DNA from: an uncultured Anaerolineaceae bacterium
GTDB taxonomy: Bacteria > Chloroflexota > Anaerolineae > Anaerolineales > E44-bin32
Direction of reading: 5' to 3'
DNA: 64,000 nucleotides
Assembly (NCBI GenBank): GCA_964528155.1
Contig: CAZGRL010000007.1
Coordinates: forward strand, 8,613-72,612
In this document: piece after piece, positions 27,255 to 36,504 of the stretch
How the letters are laid out: every line of letters begins with the position of its first letter
Numbering within the stretch: position 1 is the first letter of the stretch
The notes under the pieces: generated by a model
Database searches by the model: none
Told to the model about the DNA's origin: nothing
What the model saw: the letters and a program-made list of their open reading frames with translations, nothing else
Program-made: the position numbers and the translations under genes

Positions 27255-28268
27255 CTAGCCACTCAACTCCTTTCGCGAGATGGAGTAGAACAGATCCGCC
27301 CTGCGCGGTCGCCGGCCTGTCCTCACCTGCCGGACGGCCAGGTTGAGATCCGAAGCGGTAAGCCAGGCCGCCGTGAATGGAAGGGCTCTGATTCCGGCGG
27401 TCAACGCGAATCTCCCCGTTCCATCGCCACCTTTGACAATCGCCCAGCCCGGCGTGTGATCCCACGGACGTGAGGCGGGATCGGTCGATGCGCGATCAGC
27501 CAAGATCAAGTGGATGCCCCATCGTCTTCCCTGTAGGGCGAGCTGGCGGAGCTGTCCCGCAGCCGAATGATCCGCTTCGATCAGCCGGCTTGTGTCGTCG
27601 ACAGCCAGGATCAAGTCCGGGCGGAGGATGCCATAGCGCTCACGCCGGGCGCCTTCCTCCACCAGCCAGGCCATGAGCTCGGCGGCAAAACGGGGCTCCG
27701 TGGCCACGTCGGTTAGAGCATGAGGGACAGCTTCGAGCACCGTCAACTCACGCCCGCCGAGGTCGATCCCAAACAACTGAATCATCGATTGCCGATGAAT
27801 GAGGGCCAGAGATAGGACCAGCGAGCGCATCAGCTCGGATTTGCCTACACCGACGTCGCCCAGGACGGCCACGTGCCAGGTATCCGGCTGCCGCAGGGGG
27901 ATCAAAACCGCCCTCCCGCGTTCGTCGAGGCCGGCCACAAGGCTCAGAGAACGCCGGTCTCCGATGTCCTCCAGGATTGACAGCAGCCTGGGCCAATCCG
28001 TACGCTCTCCCGGCACTTCGATCGCCAGGTCGTCGCCGTCCCGGGCGACGTGAACTCGCTGCACACCCAAGGCGCGAGCGATCGAGGCTTCGGCATCCTG
28101 GAGTTGCTCCACTCGGGTCCCGTTCATCGGAGTCACCACGTAGCGGACAGCGTCTTCGCTTACTCGCCCCCCCTGAATGCGGATGGGGAGTGATAGGCCG
28201 GACAGCGCCCGCTCCAGGCGGTCGGCCGCCTCGTTCACGTCCAGGGGAGGTTCGGCTTTACCTGGCAC
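27255..28268 (-). CDS. Short FtsK/SpoIIIE-like P-loop protein (alpha plus ATPase-like domain; no TM, no gamma domain)
   Basis: GTG 28268 with GGAG Shine-Dalgarno; Walker A GDVGVGKS, FGIDLGGREL, HALTDV, Walker B LILAVDD, GRRWGIHLILA. Confidence 0.8.
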   Translation of the reverse strand: MPGKAEPPLDVNEAADRLERALSGLSLPIRIQGGRVSEDAVRYVVTPMNGTRVEQLQDAEASIARALGVQRVHVARDGDDLAIEVPGERTDWPRLLSILEDIGDRRSLSLVAGLDERGRAVLIPLRQPDTWHVAVLGDVGVGKSELMRSLVLSLALIHRQSMIQLFGIDLGGRELTVLEAVPHALTDVATEPRFAAELMAWLVEEGARRERYGILRPDLILAVDDTSRLIEADHSAAGQLRQLALQGRRWGIHLILADRASTDPASRPWDHTPGWAIVKGGDGTGRFALTAGIRALPFTAAWLTASDLNLAVRQVRTGRRPRRADLFYSISRKELSG

Positions 28269-28284
28269 CTGTATCTCCGAAATT

Positions 28285-28331
28285 AGAACGCTTGTGCTAG
28301 GCATTCTACAGAACATTCGTTCTGGTGTCAA
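28285..28331 (-). promoter_or_regulatory. Consensus sigma70 promoter carrying two LexA/DinR-type SOS boxes
   Basis: TTGACA (28331-26), 17 nt, TAGAAT (28308-03); CAGAAC-N4-GTTCTG at 28309-28324; AGAAC-GCTT-GTGCT (1 mismatch) at 28285-28298. Confidence 0.8.
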
Positions 28332-28389
28332 GCCCGGCGGCGGATCGGATGGCTTCCAGCATGCAGGGCTCGCCCGCGCAGACAGCGAT

Positions 28390-28444
28390 AATGCCGAGAC
28401 AAGAAAGCCGTCGGCGAAGCCGACGGCTTTCTTGTCTCGGCATT
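28390..28444. repeat. Long intergenic palindrome, perfect 26-bp stem
   Basis: aatgccgagacaagaaagccgtcggc-gaa-gccgacggctttcttgtctcggcatt between divergent genes. Confidence 0.92.
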
Positions 28445-28571
28445 TCTATCCCCCGGAATGGCTCGGAGAGGCACTGGCCCTACATGAGTTGATCTCAAGA
28501 CAACGGGGATGCAGTCGATCAGGCCATCAGGCCCTTGTGCTACAATGCATGCGCATCATGAAACCGCTTGC

Positions 28572-29435
28572 ATGACCGACCTCCGTCCTTCCCCGATCGC
28601 GGGAACCTGGTATCCAGGGAATCCGGACACCCTCACCCAATCGGTAGACAGCCAACTCGAGGCGTCGATCGTCACGCTGCCGCCAGGAGAAGTGATCGCC
28701 GTCGTCGCACCTCACGCCGGTCACCGATACTCGGGGCAGGTCGCGGCGCACGCGTTCCGCTGCCTGGCCGGTAAACACCCGGAGGTCGTAGCCGTCGTAT
28801 CCCCTCTGCATCAGCCTTATCCGGGCCAAATCCTGACCTCGTCCCACGAGGCCTACTCCACGCCACTCGGACCAATTCCGGTCGACCGGGATCTGGTCGA
28901 ACGCCTGGGAAAAGAACTCGCTCGGCAAGGAGGATACCGACTGCAATCGGTCGCCCACGACCAGGAGCACTCCCTGGAGATCGAACTTCCATTCCTTCAA
29001 CGCACCATCGGGTCGTCGTTTCGGCTGCTCCCAATCATGCTCCGGGATCAATCGAAAGCCATCGCCCACGCCCTGGGCCGATGCCTGGCAGCGGTCCTCC
29101 GAGATTCTTCAGCGGTTCTTGTCGCCAGCTCCGACCTCTCCCATTTCTATCCGGACTCGATCGCCCGCCGTCTTGACACCGAACTGCTGGCGAGAATCGA
29201 AGCCTTTTCGCCCGAACGGGTTCTCGAAGCAGAAGAAGAAGGCGTCGGCTTCGCTTGTGGCCGAGGTGCCATCGCCTCGGTCCTGTGGGCTTCTGAGGAA
29301 TTGGGTGCCGATCGGGCTCAGGTGCTAGCGTATGCTAACTCGGGAGATGTGACCGGGGACACCGACTCGGTCGTCGGTTACGGAGCGGTCGTGATCTATC
29401 GGTCGACGGGTAGCGATGAACCTTCCCACGCCTGA
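28572..29435 (+). CDS. amrB: AmmeMemoRadiSam system protein B (MEMO1 family)
   Basis: LRPSPIAGTWYP, VAPHAGHRYSGQVAA, EHSLEIELPFLQ, VASSDLSH, ACGRG, YANSGDVTG, VVGYGA. Confidence 0.92.
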   Translation: MTDLRPSPIAGTWYPGNPDTLTQSVDSQLEASIVTLPPGEVIAVVAPHAGHRYSGQVAAHAFRCLAGKHPEVVAVVSPLHQPYPGQILTSSHEAYSTPLGPIPVDRDLVERLGKELARQGGYRLQSVAHDQEHSLEIELPFLQRTIGSSFRLLPIMLRDQSKAIAHALGRCLAAVLRDSSAVLVASSDLSHFYPDSIARRLDTELLARIEAFSPERVLEAEEEGVGFACGRGAIASVLWASEELGADRAQVLAYANSGDVTGDTDSVVGYGAVVIYRSTGSDEPSHA

Positions 29436-29477
29436 TTTGCCGTCCGCGCCTGCCAGAGGATTCTTGGGCCACCGAAT

Positions 29478-30845
29478 GTGGCCGGCACATTGATGGACGG
29501 AACCCTTTGGATTGACCTTCTGAAACTGGCCGGGGTGGTTGTCCTCGTTCTGGCAAACGGGTTCTTCGTCTCGGCCGAATTCGCCTTGGTGAGCATCCGG
29601 CGTACTCGAGTGGCCGAACTGGTCGCTCAGGGGAATAGCGCCGCGTCCTGGGTGCAGAGGGCGGTCAACGATCCCGACCGGTTCATCGCCGCCACTCAAC
29701 TCGGTATTACGCTTGCCAGTCTGGGCCTTGGATGGATCGGGGAGCCAGCGCTCGCTCACCTCATCCAGCCCGTGGTGGATCTGTTCCCTGCGGCGGTCCA
29801 GTCCGGCGTGGCCCATAGCCTCTCGGCCGCTCTGGCGTTCGCCGTCATCACCTTCCTGCACGTGGTCATCGGAGAGCTGGCGCCCAAGTCCATCGCGCTG
29901 CAGAGCACGGAACGTGTGGCGCTCATCGTCGCCAGACCGACGGTCTGGACGGAGTGGATCTTCAAGCCAGCCATCTGGCTCCTCAACGGCGCCGGCAATA
30001 CTTTGCTTCGCGTGGCGGGTGTCAAGCCCGCCGCGGGACACGAACTTGTGCACTCGGTCAACGAACTCAAGATGCTCGTTACTGCCAGCGCCGAAGGCGG
30101 TGTTGTCGAGTTGGATGAAGAGGAAATGCTGCATGCCGTCTTCGACTTCAGTGACACACTCGTGCGGCAGGTCATGGTTCCGCGGACAGAGATGGTTGCC
30201 GTCCCAGCGGAGGCGACGCTCGAGTCACTCAAAGACATAGCCATTCAGAATCCGTACACGAAGCTGCCGGTCTACCAGGACAGCCTGGATCATGTGTTGG
30301 GCGTCGTCCATCTCAAGGATGTCCTGCGGGCGATATACGGCAAGCGAGCCGGCGCCAAGACGGCCCGCGATCTGATGCGCGAGACCATCTTCGTCCCCGA
30401 AACGGCTCGCATCGGGACTTTGCTCAAACGCTTTCGGGCGCGCCAGCAGCACCTGGCGATCGTGCTCGACGAGTACGGCGGCACCGCCGGCGTGGTGACC
30501 CTGGAAGACTTGCTCGAGGAGATCGTGGGGGAAGTGAGCGATCCCTTCGACGCCGAGCCAGAGATTCAGGCGATGCCCGATGGATCATCGCTGATCGACG
30601 GTCTCACCCTGATCGATGAGGTGAACGAGCATTTCGGGTTGCATCTGGCCGATCCGGACTACGACACAATCGCCGGTTTCGTGTTGGGCAAGCTCGGGCG
30701 CATGGCGCAGGTCGGCGACAGCATTGCAGTCGGAGGCGCCAGGTTTCGAGTCGAGGCCATGGACGGCCGTCGCATCGCCCGAGTATCCCTCTTGCCCACC
30801 GAGCGCACACCGGAGGCCCGCCCCGCCGCGGATCCACAACCGTGA
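29478..30845 (+). CDS. Hemolysin/CNNM family (DUF21 plus CBS pair plus CorC/HlyC) membrane protein
   Basis: NGFFVSAEFALV, TQLGITLASLGLGWIGEP, HVVIGELAPKSIAL, VMVPR, VLDEYGGTAGVVTLEDLLEEIVGE, YDTIAGF. Confidence 0.93.
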   Translation: MAGTLMDGTLWIDLLKLAGVVVLVLANGFFVSAEFALVSIRRTRVAELVAQGNSAASWVQRAVNDPDRFIAATQLGITLASLGLGWIGEPALAHLIQPVVDLFPAAVQSGVAHSLSAALAFAVITFLHVVIGELAPKSIALQSTERVALIVARPTVWTEWIFKPAIWLLNGAGNTLLRVAGVKPAAGHELVHSVNELKMLVTASAEGGVVELDEEEMLHAVFDFSDTLVRQVMVPRTEMVAVPAEATLESLKDIAIQNPYTKLPVYQDSLDHVLGVVHLKDVLRAIYGKRAGAKTARDLMRETIFVPETARIGTLLKRFRARQQHLAIVLDEYGGTAGVVTLEDLLEEIVGEVSDPFDAEPEIQAMPDGSSLIDGLTLIDEVNEHFGLHLADPDYDTIAGFVLGKLGRMAQVGDSIAVGGARFRVEAMDGRRIARVSLLPTERTPEARPAADPQP

Positions 30846-33346
30846 TGTACGTCGAGGTGGCGGTCAACCTCTCTCCGGTCCGCGGGACCTTTCATTACCA
30901 TGTCCCCGCAGAGCTGCAGCAACGCGTTCGCATTGGTCATCTGGTCACAGCACCGTTCGGAAGCCGGCGCGTCCAGGGCGTCGTCGTGGGTCTGCCATCC
31001 GTCCCGGAAGTCCCGGAAACGCGTCCGATCATCGAGCTGGTCGATCCCATGCCGGTTTTCACCCCGGCCCAGCTCGAACTGGCGCGCTGGCTGGCATCGG
31101 AAACGACCGCACCATTCATCGATTGCCTGACGCTGATGCTACCTCCGGGCTTGAGCCAGGAGGCCGACAGCCTGTATCGCCTTGAGGATACGGAGTACCA
31201 GCCGGAAGGTCGGACCGCCCAGCGTCTGCGGTCGCTGCTGGAAGAACGCGGACCGCTGCGCGGACGTCAGATTCAACATGCGCTGTTACATTTGCGGTGG
31301 AAGCCTCACGCGGAGAAGCTCGTGCGCAAAGGGGTGCTCGTCCGCGAGCCTGTTCTGAGTCCGCCTTCCGTACATCCCCGCCGCCTGCGCAACGCCCACC
31401 TGGCGGTCCCACCCGATTCGGCCTACGCCAGGTTTGACGATGAGCCGGTTCGATCTGCTCCTGCTACGGAGCGCCGGCGGGCCGTCCTCGATATTCTGGT
31501 CACTGATGGAGGCGCGGTCGAGGTCACCCGACTGTACAACGAGACCGGCGCCAACTTGAGTGACTTGCGCAGCCTGGAAAGCCTTGGGCTGATCAGCCTG
31601 AGTGAGGCCGAGGTTTGGCGAGACCCTCTGGCCGAAGTGGATTTCGTCCCGGCCGTGGCCCCGCAACTGACGCCCGATCAGTCCGAGGTGATGGAAAGCC
31701 TTCGGCGGGCGATCGCCGCCGTTCCGACCTCGCCCGTGCGTCCGTTCCTGCTTCACGGTGTCACCGGCTCGGGCAAGACCGAGATCTACATGCAGGCGGT
31801 TCACCAGACCCTGGAACGCGGGCGCACGGCCATCGTGCTGGTCCCCGAGATCGCCCTCACTCCGCAGACCATCCGACGTTTTCTGGCGCGCTTCCCCGGC
31901 CGCGTCGGTGTGATGCACTCGCAGCTTTCCGACGGCGAGCGTTTTGACACGTGGAGGCGCTGCCGATCCGGTGACGTCCAGGTAATCGTCGGCCCGCGCA
32001 GTGCCCTCTTCGTTCCGTTGCCTAACATCGGCCTTATCGTGGTCGACGAGTCGCACGACGAGTCGTACAAGGAACAGGGCATGTCGCCGCGCTATCACGC
32101 GCGGGCGGCGGCAATGGCCTATGCCGGGATGCTCAGCGCCATTTGCATGCTTGGCAGCGCCACGCCCGACATCGTAACAAACTATAGAGCCGCACAGGGA
32201 CAGCTCCAGCGGCTGAGTCTGCCTCAGCGGATCATGGGGCACCGCGAGCGAATCGGGCGACAGGCTGATCGCCTCGGCCGCCTTTCGCGTTACCGTCCCG
32301 AGAACAAAGACGCGATGGCAATCGATCTGCCCCCGGTGCGGATCGTCGACATGCGCCAGGAGCTCAAGGCCGGCAATCGCTCCCTCTTCAGTCGGGCGCT
32401 TCACCAGTCGCTGGGCGAGTGCCTGGCGGCGGGCGAGCAGGCGATCTTGTTCCTCAACCGGCGAGGGACCTCGACCTACGTTTTCTGCCGTGACTGCGGC
32501 CTGGTGCTGCGCTGCCCACGCTGCGACACACCCTTCACCTACCACTCGGCTCGCGAACGCTTGCAGTGTCATCATTGTGGCTACGAGCGCCGGCTGCCGG
32601 CCGCCTGTCCGAACTGCGGCGGGCGACGCATCCGTCAGTTCGGAGCCGGAACACAGAGGATCCAGGCCGAAGTCGAGTCGGCCTTCCCGACCGCCCGCAC
32701 CATCCGCTGGGACTGGGATGCAACCCGGCGCAAAGGAGCTCACGAGGACATCCTCACCAGGTTTGCCAGTTTCGAAGCCGATGTCTTGATCGGGACTCAG
32801 ATGGTGGCTAAGGGGCTCGACCTGCCGCTGGTCACACTGGTCGGCGTCGTTTCGGCGGACACCGGTCTCAACCTGCCCGACTACCGCGCAGCCGAAAGGA
32901 CATTTCAGGTCCTGACCCAGGTCGTCGGCCGCGCCGGTCGCGGCCTGCTCGGTGGACGAGTGATCCTGCAGACGTACGAGCCCGATCACTATGCCATACA
33001 GGCCGCCACCAACCACGACTACCCTGCTTTCTACAGACAAGAGCTCGAATTCCGGAGGACGCTCGGCTATCCCCCCTTCACCCGCCTGGCGCGGCTGATC
33101 TATCGTCATGCTTCCTCGACCTCGGCAGAAGCCGAGGCCAAACGCGTGGGCGAAGCGATCCGCAAGCGGATCGAGCATGACGGTTCGGGGGCAACCCTCA
33201 TCGGGCCTGTCCCGTGTTTCTACAAGCGTGTGCGCGGCGAGTACCGATGGCAGATCGTCATTCGAGCCCCCGACCCGCGCCCCTTGATCCCTTCTGAGCT
33301 TGAGGCGGGCTGGACAGTGGACGTAGATCCTGTGTCACTGCTGTGA
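30842..33346 (+). CDS. priA: Primosomal protein N' (replication restart helicase)
   Basis: LLHGVTGSGKTEIY, LVPEIALTPQ, VVDESHDESYKE, FLNRRG, four CxxC, GTQMVAKGLD, QVVGRAGR, GYPPF. Confidence 0.96.
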   Translation: MMYVEVAVNLSPVRGTFHYHVPAELQQRVRIGHLVTAPFGSRRVQGVVVGLPSVPEVPETRPIIELVDPMPVFTPAQLELARWLASETTAPFIDCLTLMLPPGLSQEADSLYRLEDTEYQPEGRTAQRLRSLLEERGPLRGRQIQHALLHLRWKPHAEKLVRKGVLVREPVLSPPSVHPRRLRNAHLAVPPDSAYARFDDEPVRSAPATERRRAVLDILVTDGGAVEVTRLYNETGANLSDLRSLESLGLISLSEAEVWRDPLAEVDFVPAVAPQLTPDQSEVMESLRRAIAAVPTSPVRPFLLHGVTGSGKTEIYMQAVHQTLERGRTAIVLVPEIALTPQTIRRFLARFPGRVGVMHSQLSDGERFDTWRRCRSGDVQVIVGPRSALFVPLPNIGLIVVDESHDESYKEQGMSPRYHARAAAMAYAGMLSAICMLGSATPDIVTNYRAAQGQLQRLSLPQRIMGHRERIGRQADRLGRLSRYRPENKDAMAIDLPPVRIVDMRQELKAGNRSLFSRALHQSLGECLAAGEQAILFLNRRGTSTYVFCRDCGLVLRCPRCDTPFTYHSARERLQCHHCGYERRLPAACPNCGGRRIRQFGAGTQRIQAEVESAFPTARTIRWDWDATRRKGAHEDILTRFASFEADVLIGTQMVAKGLDLPLVTLVGVVSADTGLNLPDYRAAERTFQVLTQVVGRAGRGLLGGRVILQTYEPDHYAIQAATNHDYPAFYRQELEFRRTLGYPPFTRLARLIYRHASSTSAEAEAKRVGEAIRKRIEHDGSGATLIGPVPCFYKRVRGEYRWQIVIRAPDPRPLIPSELEAGWTVDVDPVSLL

Positions 33347-33489
33347 TGCGGAGCGACCGGCGCGATTCCCTTTCATAAGATGGGCGTTCCCCACGCGTCG
33401 TCGTCCAGAAGCAGATGGGCTAGAGACTCCGTTCGCCGTGGGCTGAACCTGTAGTGGGCAAATCGAATGCAGCGGACTTCAGGCCGATC

Positions 33490-33780
33490 GAAGTTCTTGC
33501 TGACCAAGCTTTCTGAGGGTCTTTCTTCCCCGGTCAGGGGGATCCTAAGACCAGGACCAACCGGGGTGCGATGCAGCCCGCCGGCCGGTTACTGGGAGCG
33601 AGTCCATCAACGGAAGACGCGGCGGAACTGCAGGCACGTCCCGAGGGCTGGATTGCCGGACTGCAGGTCGCCCCACTCTCGATGCAAGATCACGATGACG
33701 CCCCAGGATTCATCCGCGCATTCTCGGGCATCCACCGGTATATTCTGAGGTATCTCGCCGAGGAAGTACCCAACCAGTGA
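33490..33780 (+). pseudogene. Remnant of a MalT/LuxR-type STAND transcriptional regulator
   Basis: TEDAAELQARPEGWIAGLQVAPLSMQDHDDAPGFIRAFSGIHRYILRYLAEEV matches the recalled MalT-like segment (xEGWxAGLQLAALS...F.G.HRYI.DYL.EEV); an LLTKL-like fragment lies upstream in another frame; the rest is missing. Confidence 0.7.
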
Positions 33781-34044
33781 TCAAAAGGCACACCGAACTT
33801 CTCAGTGAAGACCTCCGTTCTGGATTGGTCGTGTGGGCCGCCATATGATGCCGTGACAGGAGATTCCGGCGGACAGCCATCCTGGAGAATCTAGAGCCTA
33901 GCAGCCTGTTTATCACACGCTAGGTGATGATGGCCGATGGTACCACTACCATCACCTGCCTCCCGACGCGGCGTCGCTATGCCAGAGCATAGAGAAAAGT
34001 CATGCGGCGAAACGAAGGCACTCTCTGCCTGTCCGTCAATTGGA

Positions 34045-34254
34045 TCAATAATCCCTAATTCGCCTCATGCGGTCACGATACTTGTCCCGAAACTGGGCAT
34101 TGAGGCGCAGCACCTCTTGCTCGTTCCCGGTGAAGGAACAACGCAGGCAGTAGTACTCATCCTTCTGCCGGTCGTACAGCATGTCCATGTCGATCTCGCG
34201 TATCAAGCAGCGCGGACAGCGGTAATTCAGCTTGCCTTTTCGACCTTGAGCCAT
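34045..34254 (-). CDS. 69-aa putative zinc-finger protein (two CxxC)
   Basis: YRCPRCLIREIDMDMLYDRQKDEYYCLRCSF; GGAG Shine-Dalgarno; start overlaps the end of the upstream gene by 28 nt. Confidence 0.75.
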   Translation of the reverse strand: MAQGRKGKLNYRCPRCLIREIDMDMLYDRQKDEYYCLRCSFTGNEQEVLRLNAQFRDKYRDRMRRIRDY

Positions 34255-36059
34255 GTGCGCAATTCTCCCGGGCCCTTGACCGCCTTCTTGATCCCCAGGG
34301 TGTACATAGGCGAGAAGGCAAAGCCCTCCCGGAAATACCCCTCAGCGTCGTCGACATCTGTGAACATGGTCAGGCGTGTGTCCACCTGAGGCACGATCGC
34401 CTCGACCAGAGACACTCCGCTCACCTCGGCCTCGCGACACCGGTAGGCGTAATCGATGCTCTCCGTCCCGGATGACCCTGTCGCAGCCAGCCTCACGCCG
34501 GTGAGGTCTTCGGGATACTCGGTCGTTCCATAGCATGCCGTGATGTACTCATCGACGGTGATGTCCGCCTGAGCATCGCTGGTGGCGACAATCTTCCTGA
34601 CGATCTCGATCTCGCCTGTCGCCTCGGTGAACTTGAAAACAGACTGCACGCCGATCACAAGCCCATTGAACTCGATCTCCACGGGATCGAGCGTCAGAAT
34701 GCGAGTGTCTCCATTTTCGGAGAAGGAGGCCTGAGTGCGACAGGTGCACAGGTCCACCTGTTCACCCTTGTAGCCGAGCTTGCAGCTCTTGACGGCGCCT
34801 TCGCCAGCATAATGGGTGAAATAGCCGGCCCGGTACATTGATTGCACCAGGAAGGGGTATGAGGCGTCTTGCAGGTGGGCCGTGCCCACACCGCAGGGGC
34901 GCACCAGCCTGGCCGCGTAAGGACGCAAATCGATCATGGCCCCACCCTGGTTCATGTCCAGGCACAATCGCATCCACGGATCCAAATACCAGAACTGTTG
35001 CCGTCGCGAGCCGTAGAGTATGTCCTTCCAGAGCGCGCACTCGGGTCGAGAGTATGGGTGACTCTGGCGATACAGATCGGCGAACTCGCTCATGGTGACA
35101 TCTCGAGCCTGGCCTTCGCGCTTGAGCCGACCATAGTAGGCCATGCCGTCCCTGTAGCTCTTGAGCAGGAATTCGTAGTCGGCCTCCCAGCGACCGCCTT
35201 TGCTCATCCAGCCCGGCCCTACGAACATCATATTGTAGGAAAAACCGGCGTTGTATTTCGCCATCGCATGGTATTGGTCGACGATGTTGTTGAAGTAGGG
35301 GATTTCCCGGTTCTCATAGACCATGCCGCGCAGAATGTTCTGCGGGTGGGTGCCGTAGTATGAGCCGGGGCCGTCAAAGACAGCCATCAGGTCCCGGGAA
35401 AGGTGAGGGATAGCCACAACGCCGATGTCGTCTTCCTCATCCAGGGCCGGGCAGTGGATATTGCGCTTCGACGGTATCCACGGGTTCCACGGGCCGCCGT
35501 CAAACAGCGTGTACCAAGAGTTGTTGGCGTTCCAGTAAGCCTTTGGGCCCTCCTCCCAGCAGGTCGCCACGGCGACCTTTATCATGGGATACCTTTCCTT
35601 GAGATAGTTCACGAACTCGGCGTCCAGGTAGTAGGAACCCGTCGAAGTCGGATAGAAGCCGAACGCTTCGTGAAACCTTCCCAGCGCTTCGTCGACGATC
35701 TTTCGCTTGTCCTCCATCGAGAAGAGCCAGATCGCCAGTTCTCTGGATTTGAACCGGTCGCGAAATTCCTGGCACTGAAGACCAAGAAACGTCAGGCCGA
35801 TTTCGTCCCCGTACTCTTCGTGGTGTTCTTTCGCAGTGGCGATCGCCTCCGGGCTGAAGAGGCTGGCGTAAGTCATCTGGATGGTGGTGCGCAGCCCGTT
35901 TTCATGCGCGATCGACTGCTGGGTGCGGAAGATGTCAAGCGATTCTTGCAGGACACAATTCCGGGTCAGGTCCTCGTTCTTGCCCTGGTCGGCCTCCCTC
36001 TGGATGTACTCCGGCACCATCTCAGGCCGGTGGACAATCGTCACATAGAATTCGCTCAT
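34227..36059 (-). CDS. Uncharacterised 611-aa cytoplasmic protein, possibly a carbohydrate-active enzyme (barrel plus beta-sandwich)
   Basis: Long aromatic-rich ORF from MSEFYVTIVHRP; no signal peptide; last large gene of a sugar ABC operon; fold is inferred only. Confidence 0.8.
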   Translation of the reverse strand: MSEFYVTIVHRPEMVPEYIQREADQGKNEDLTRNCVLQESLDIFRTQQSIAHENGLRTTIQMTYASLFSPEAIATAKEHHEEYGDEIGLTFLGLQCQEFRDRFKSRELAIWLFSMEDKRKIVDEALGRFHEAFGFYPTSTGSYYLDAEFVNYLKERYPMIKVAVATCWEEGPKAYWNANNSWYTLFDGGPWNPWIPSKRNIHCPALDEEDDIGVVAIPHLSRDLMAVFDGPGSYYGTHPQNILRGMVYENREIPYFNNIVDQYHAMAKYNAGFSYNMMFVGPGWMSKGGRWEADYEFLLKSYRDGMAYYGRLKREGQARDVTMSEFADLYRQSHPYSRPECALWKDILYGSRRQQFWYLDPWMRLCLDMNQGGAMIDLRPYAARLVRPCGVGTAHLQDASYPFLVQSMYRAGYFTHYAGEGAVKSCKLGYKGEQVDLCTCRTQASFSENGDTRILTLDPVEIEFNGLVIGVQSVFKFTEATGEIEIVRKIVATSDAQADITVDEYITACYGTTEYPEDLTGVRLAATGSSGTESIDYAYRCREAEVSGVSLVEAIVPQVDTRLTMFTDVDDAEGYFREGFAFSPMYTLGIKKAVKGPGELRTWLKVEKAS

Positions 36060-36120
36060 GCTCGCTCTCTGGCGCACTCGACTGTGTCTTTTTGAGAAAC
36101 AGGACGGCGGGGGTCCAGGC

Positions 36121-36492
36121 TCAGGAGTCGATTGAGCTCGAAGCTCCGGCGGCGGGAAGCGCGGCCAGGAAACCATCATATGTCAGGGGATGCCACAGGC
36201 ACTGATCAGCACCCAGCTCACGCGCCCGCGCCTCATCGGTCGCGGATGAGCACACCATGACAGGGATGTCGCAGTTCACCAGCTCCGATATCAAAGACTG
36301 CGCCGCCTCCAGCTTTTCGAGCGATGGGAACAAGATCGCCGCCGGCCGCATACCGCATACCTCCAACGCCGATGGGATGCTCTGCATCAGGGCGATGTCA
36401 TGACCGCTTCGTTCGGCATATCGGCTGACAAGATATGCCAAGGCCGGGTCATTGCCGATCAACAGAAGTTTGGATGGCGAGGCTGATTTCAC
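36121..36492 (-). CDS. Stand-alone degenerate receiver (pseudo-REC) domain
   Basis: KLLLIGNDPALAYLV...RPAAILFPS...DIPVMVCSS...ARELGADQCLWHPL: CheY-like pattern without the acidic pocket, phospho-Asp or Lys. Confidence 0.65.
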   Translation of the reverse strand: MKSASPSKLLLIGNDPALAYLVSRYAERSGHDIALMQSIPSALEVCGMRPAAILFPSLEKLEAAQSLISELVNCDIPVMVCSSATDEARARELGADQCLWHPLTYDGFLAALPAAGASSSIDS

Positions 36493-36504
36493 GGCCCAGT
36501 ATTC

